A stretch of DNA of 54,914 nucleotides, filler included, from Sluysia triapertura (Eukaryota): NCBI GenBank assembly GCA_046118255.1. It is 4 parts of 4 records of this genome, joined end to end, with 100 filler letters (N's around TTAATTAATTAA, not from the genome) between each part and the next. Parts side by side here need not be neighbours in the genome. Positions count along the whole stretch, not along the records: positions 43,003 to 54,914 come from JBJNIA010157047.1; 3 more parts are not named here. One strand, given 5' to 3'. Of this stretch, positions 50,445 through 54,914 are shown one piece after another. Below the pieces are notes generated by a model. That model was given only the letters and a program-made list of their open reading frames with translations, did no database searches and had not been told where the DNA came from. Position 1 is the stretch's first letter; every line of letters starts with the position of its first letter. Both the position numbers and the translations under genes were made by a program.

Positions 50445-50815
50445 ATTAAATGTCCAACAAACTGATAAAATAAGTGTTAGCACTCAAAGTTGTGTTAGTT
50501 ACAAAATATTTACAAAAAACCGAAAGTAGTAAGAAACAAAGTAAATTTAGATTAAGTGATGAATCTGGTAACAACGTTTTATTTATAGAAATTATGTGAA
50601 ACAATCGAGTAATGAAAGCATTCGAAGGTACTGAATCAACGGTTTTTGGACTTGTTTATCTGAAGATGATAAAAATAAATTACAAAGTGTTAATTATGTA
50701 GCTACGGGTGCGAATAATGTAATCATTGATATTATAAGTATCGTAGATAGTAACATTACTATAAATAGGGAAATACTGAGCTTAAATATTCCTGTATATC
50801 ATCAGAGCATGTTTT
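50445..50815 (+). mobile_element. LTR-retrotransposon aspartic protease remnant
   Basis: LFIEIM*NNRVMKAFEGTESTV (degenerate ALxDTG) and LQSVNYVATGANNVIIDIISIVDSNITIN (retropepsin flap GAN...I.G.V). Confidence 0.45.
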
Positions 50816-51791
50816 ACTCCATGGATTTCACATGTAGTTTTTGTTTTAAGATTTTTCATCCTCTCTAAGATGTTAAGTGTTACAACAAATAAATGACATT
50901 TTAGACTAATTAAAAAAGTGTAATAGAATGGTCTATAGATTAATTTTCATAGCGCTATTTTCAGTATTTTGCGGAAATTCATCTAAATTACAAAGATTTT
51001 TGCACAACAATAGTAAATCTATAAAATGTGATTATACAAAATCGAAAGTTATATTTCTTGAATATGAAATGTATACTAAGTAAGTCTTACATAGACTAAA
51101 AATAATTTAAAATTTCTAACATAGATAAACATTTATATTTGTGTATGCGTGTACTATGAAATTAAATTTAGGTCTTACTTTTAACGAAATGAATCGACTT
51201 GATGAATTCAAATATCAGAAAAACAGACATTAAAATGAAAATACGGCAAATACTATGAATAAAGTTTTTTATCCATTTATTTATTTCATATCATAATGAC
51301 ATTTTATCTGATCGAATTTGCAGTGGAAATAAATTAAAATTTTTTTTCTGATTTATTTGTTAGAAATTTTGGTTGAATATTCAGCATAATATATATATTA
51401 ATTTATTAATATTCTCCACGATTTTTGATTTTATGAAATTTGTAAAAAGTTTTGGAAAACTAAATAAAATAAATAAATATTTATTTATATTTAAATAATC
51501 ATTTGTATTTAAAAAATTTCAAAATAAAATTAAGATAAATAGGCGTTGATATATTATAAAATTAAGTTATCAATCATCAGTAATAAGATACTATCGAAGT
51601 TTAAATCTGAAAATTTGAGTTTAATGAAAATAAATTATTTGATTAGTGATTAAAACATTATACTGTTCAACAAGAACACCTTGGCTTAGAGTTCTTGTCA
51701 GTCCAATTTAAAGATATATAAAGACCAATATTAATTTATATTAATAATAAAATTATAACAGACAAATAATATACAACTACAAAATAATAAA

Positions 51792-51832
<41 letters not shown>
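51792..51832. repeat. (ATT)n microsatellite
   Basis: Direct reading. Confidence 0.95.
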
Positions 51833-54775
51833 CATAAGTTTATTTTATTATTTATTATAGGTAATTTATCATTTATATTATTTATTTATACTATGATATT
51901 TGCAAGTCATACATAAAATTATTTCAAACTATACATAATGTTTCACATTTTCAAGTTAAAATGCAAGATAACGTTTTAAAATGTGATTGGTCAATTTTTA
52001 ACAAATACTCTTTTTTAATAAATATTTATTGAAATTATAACAAATATGTCGAATCTAAAGGTTTCAAAAATTATACTAGCATTTTAAAGGTAATAGAAAC
52101 TAAAGAATGTTAGTTATGTATTTTTATTTGTGCTATTGAATTTTTATTTTTAAAATGAATTCTACTTTTACTATTTATAATATAATATATTTTTAGTGTC
52201 TTATTTATTTTTCTACTTAATTTAATTTAATTTTAGAACACTTAATTGACATTATTGATCAAAAGTGACAAAATAAGCTAGTAAAAATTTGTATCGTTAA
52301 AATTACTAATTTTGATATTCAAATTTGAAAAATTTACTTCATACATTAATATATTTTAATATTTGATAAATTAATAATAATAAAATAATAATATTATCAG
52401 ATAAAAACAAAATATATCTATTTGCTATTTTAATACAACTTATAAGCATAAAAAATATGAAAATATGAAAAAGAAACAAAATTTAAAAATGCCTTTAAAG
52501 TAAGAATAAGCAATAATGATGTATTGAAAGTAACAACTACGACAAATTCTATGATTATAAATTTATAATGTTTATTTGAATTGATTCAGAACGTTATATC
52601 GATTCTTTTAGTTAACGTTGTGTTCCATTATCTTACAATGACTGGTGTCTTATAAATTCGCATTCCAAAAAGTCGTAATATAATAATAAATTTGCATCTG
52701 TTATTTTTGTAAGAAACTATTCTCTACTCTTGACAAAAACCAATAAATATATCTTTTTGTATAACTTATTTTTTTAATCTATTGTCAAGTTTTGTAAACA
52801 AACTACTTCATCTATCCGATCGCAGCTTGCCAATCACGTTACACGAAACCATAAAATACAGAAAACCCATACAGAATCGTAAAACATTTTTCATTATAAA
52901 TTGCTCCTTGTAACAAAATATTGAATAAATTCTAAAATCTAATGTTAAAATCACTATTTTAAAATATACAATTAATAGTCAAATAATTTAAAGAAAAGTA
53001 GATCGTGTTTCTTACTTGCTGTTTCGTTTTTTATACTGATTAAATATATTTGAAATAATTCTTTTTGAAACTCAGAGCTTTTTAATATTACAGGTAATTA
53101 CAAATATAATAAAATATTTCTTCAAATTAAAATCATTAATTATAATATTTTTTGAAGTTAAATTTTTTCTGAATAAACAATCTTATTTATTATTTTATTA
53201 TTAAAAATCAAAAGTAATTTAATTTAATTTTTTTATTTAATCTTTCACAAATATAATTTTAAATTTGCAATATAAATGTGACTTTAAACTTTTAAATGTT
53301 GTGAATTTAATAGTTTATAGTAATGTATCTAAAAAATATAATTTGCAATTAGATATTCATATTTTATTATTTTATAAGTTAGGTAATGTTTACGTAATTC
53401 ATATTCCCATTTTAACATATTATAAGCAAGCGGATTTTTCAAACAATATTAATACATTATTTATTTATAGTATATGATTATAAAGCATGATTAAATTATT
53501 ATTATAGACTAAATAAAATTACACAAACACAATTTTTTGTACAATAAATTATCAATATTAGATTATACTAAGTTCTATTCAAAAATTTTTTAATTTTCGT
53601 GCTTTTTAAATAAAACATTGAAAAAACTGTTTTTTGAAAATTAAAAATTAATAATGACAACGTAATTATATGAAGAATATTCACTACATTTAACATACGT
53701 GACAAATAAAATTAATAATTATAGATTTATATTTGTTTCTGTACTTAAATTTAGTACTTAAAATTTATATTATATATTGGAGATTTATTTGATAATAAAT
53801 TTTAAAATTATTGTACATATTTCTTGAAAGTGCTACATCGGCTTTTCTTGATGGCGTGATTGAATTACAGTCATTGTTATTACAAACAACAAATTATGAT
53901 TGATAAATTTATGACTTATTTTTATAACTTTAAAGGCAACTTTGTATCTTCTCTATTTACTAATCTTTAATTAAGTTAATTAATTTAAATTAAAAATGTA
54001 TTAAACCTCATAAAATAGATCGATTAGGATTCGAACATTTTTCTTTAAGTAGCCATTTGAAATATATTATTAATATTGACCCATTAATTGCCATTTAGAG
54101 ACTTTGGAATTTTACATGTACCGCTTTGCGCAAAGAATTTATGATTTGATACATATCAGTCATATACATACATCTGACGGTGTTTATTTTATTTCTTTTC
54201 AACAAGTAAACAATTTTGGAAATCCTAAGTAAGTTGAACACAACAAATATCACATTTGAAACATGATATTTTTAGTTTCATTTAAATATATCATAAAGTA
54301 CCAAATATAAATATGTAATACAAAGGTTATAGTAAATATGCTTTACTTGCTGAGTTTTTTCTAAAAGAAATGATTTTATTGTGCATGTATATATCTGTTC
54401 TGGTCAAACATTTGGCATTTAATGGTTTACATAAAAAAGAAGTGTTTTTTATTGTTTGTCTCTGGTCTAAAGGTAATTGAAAGATAATTCAATTGGTTTT
54501 TAAGAATTTTCTAACATTTCTGTATATTTTCTTTCAATTCTCGCTAAGTATGATTTAATTAACATAGTAAAAATATATCTAATGATACATAACATTTAAG
54601 AATTTGACAAATCTGCACATTTTTCTTTTGTATATTTTATACATTTTCCACCTTGTAAATAAGTGAATTTCCAATAACTAGTTTTCCACTCCTCTCTATG
54701 TATTATCTTTTACTGTATCACTTAGGCATTTCTGGATTGTCTTGACATATTATTCAGATAAATTCATTGTGAAAA

Positions 54776-54914
54776 TGTTGGGGTAAAAGGCCTATAAAGT
54801 GCCAAGTAGTATAATTGAGTATATTGAAAATGAAATTGTTAGACGGAGCTGATAGCTCAGTGGTAGAGCAGTCGAACTGCGCATCAATAGTCCCGGGTTC
54901 GATCCCCGGTCAGT
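54776..54914 (+). mobile_element. Repeat family T, copy 3 (best preserved; truncated by window end)
   Basis: TGTTGGGGTAaaaGGCCTAtAAAGTGCCA...GAAATTGTTAGaCGG leader shared with 12480-12559 (minus strand), followed by the tRNA-like module. Confidence 0.7.
54846..54914 (+). tRNA. tRNA-like sequence (pseudo-tRNA / element-borne Pol III promoter)
   Basis: Intact A box TAGCTCAGTGGTAGAGC with D stem GCTC/GAGC, T arm CCGGG-TTCGATC-CCCGG, and acceptor pairing ctga/tcag. The anticodon arm is irregular (GTCGA-ACTGCGCA-TCAAT, 8-nt loop). Confidence 0.6.

Noticed and set aside
54846-54914. Functional tRNA-Arg(GCG), Ala(TGC) or Cys gene
   Set aside because: The anticodon arm is irregular (8-nt loop, mismatch), and the upstream leader is shared with decayed dispersed copies. 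It is treated as element-borne.

Overview
Very AT-rich, repeat-dense eukaryotic (most likely invertebrate) scaffold region with four assembly gaps. Host genes are sparse. There are three 5' exons of an adiponectin-receptor/PAQR gene on the minus strand (one 36-nt intron plus multi-kb introns), a hand-spliced 133-aa orphan gene with 33-45-nt introns that the ORF track misses, and a decayed cytosolic seryl-tRNA synthetase copy. Most of the rest is fossil mobile DNA: a plant/Stowaway-type (DD39D-like) mariner, a DD34D mariner deletion derivative, an L2/CR1-type LINE with a zinc-knuckle ORF1, further CR1, Penelope, Gypsy and BEL scraps, piggyBac and pogo-like MITEs, and several solo-LTR-like families. 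The standout is a GC-richer ORF at 25561-26859 in which a ubiquitin-like domain ending in LTGG is fused in frame, ahead of a short acidic linker, to a CsRn1-type Gypsy Gag capsid. This ORF is bracketed by two inverted copies of a roughly 1-kb composite repeat. A second notable system is an LTR-like repeat family (3 copies) carrying a tRNA-like module about 70 nt inside its 5' end. All homology calls are by-eye motif recognition; no database searches were run.
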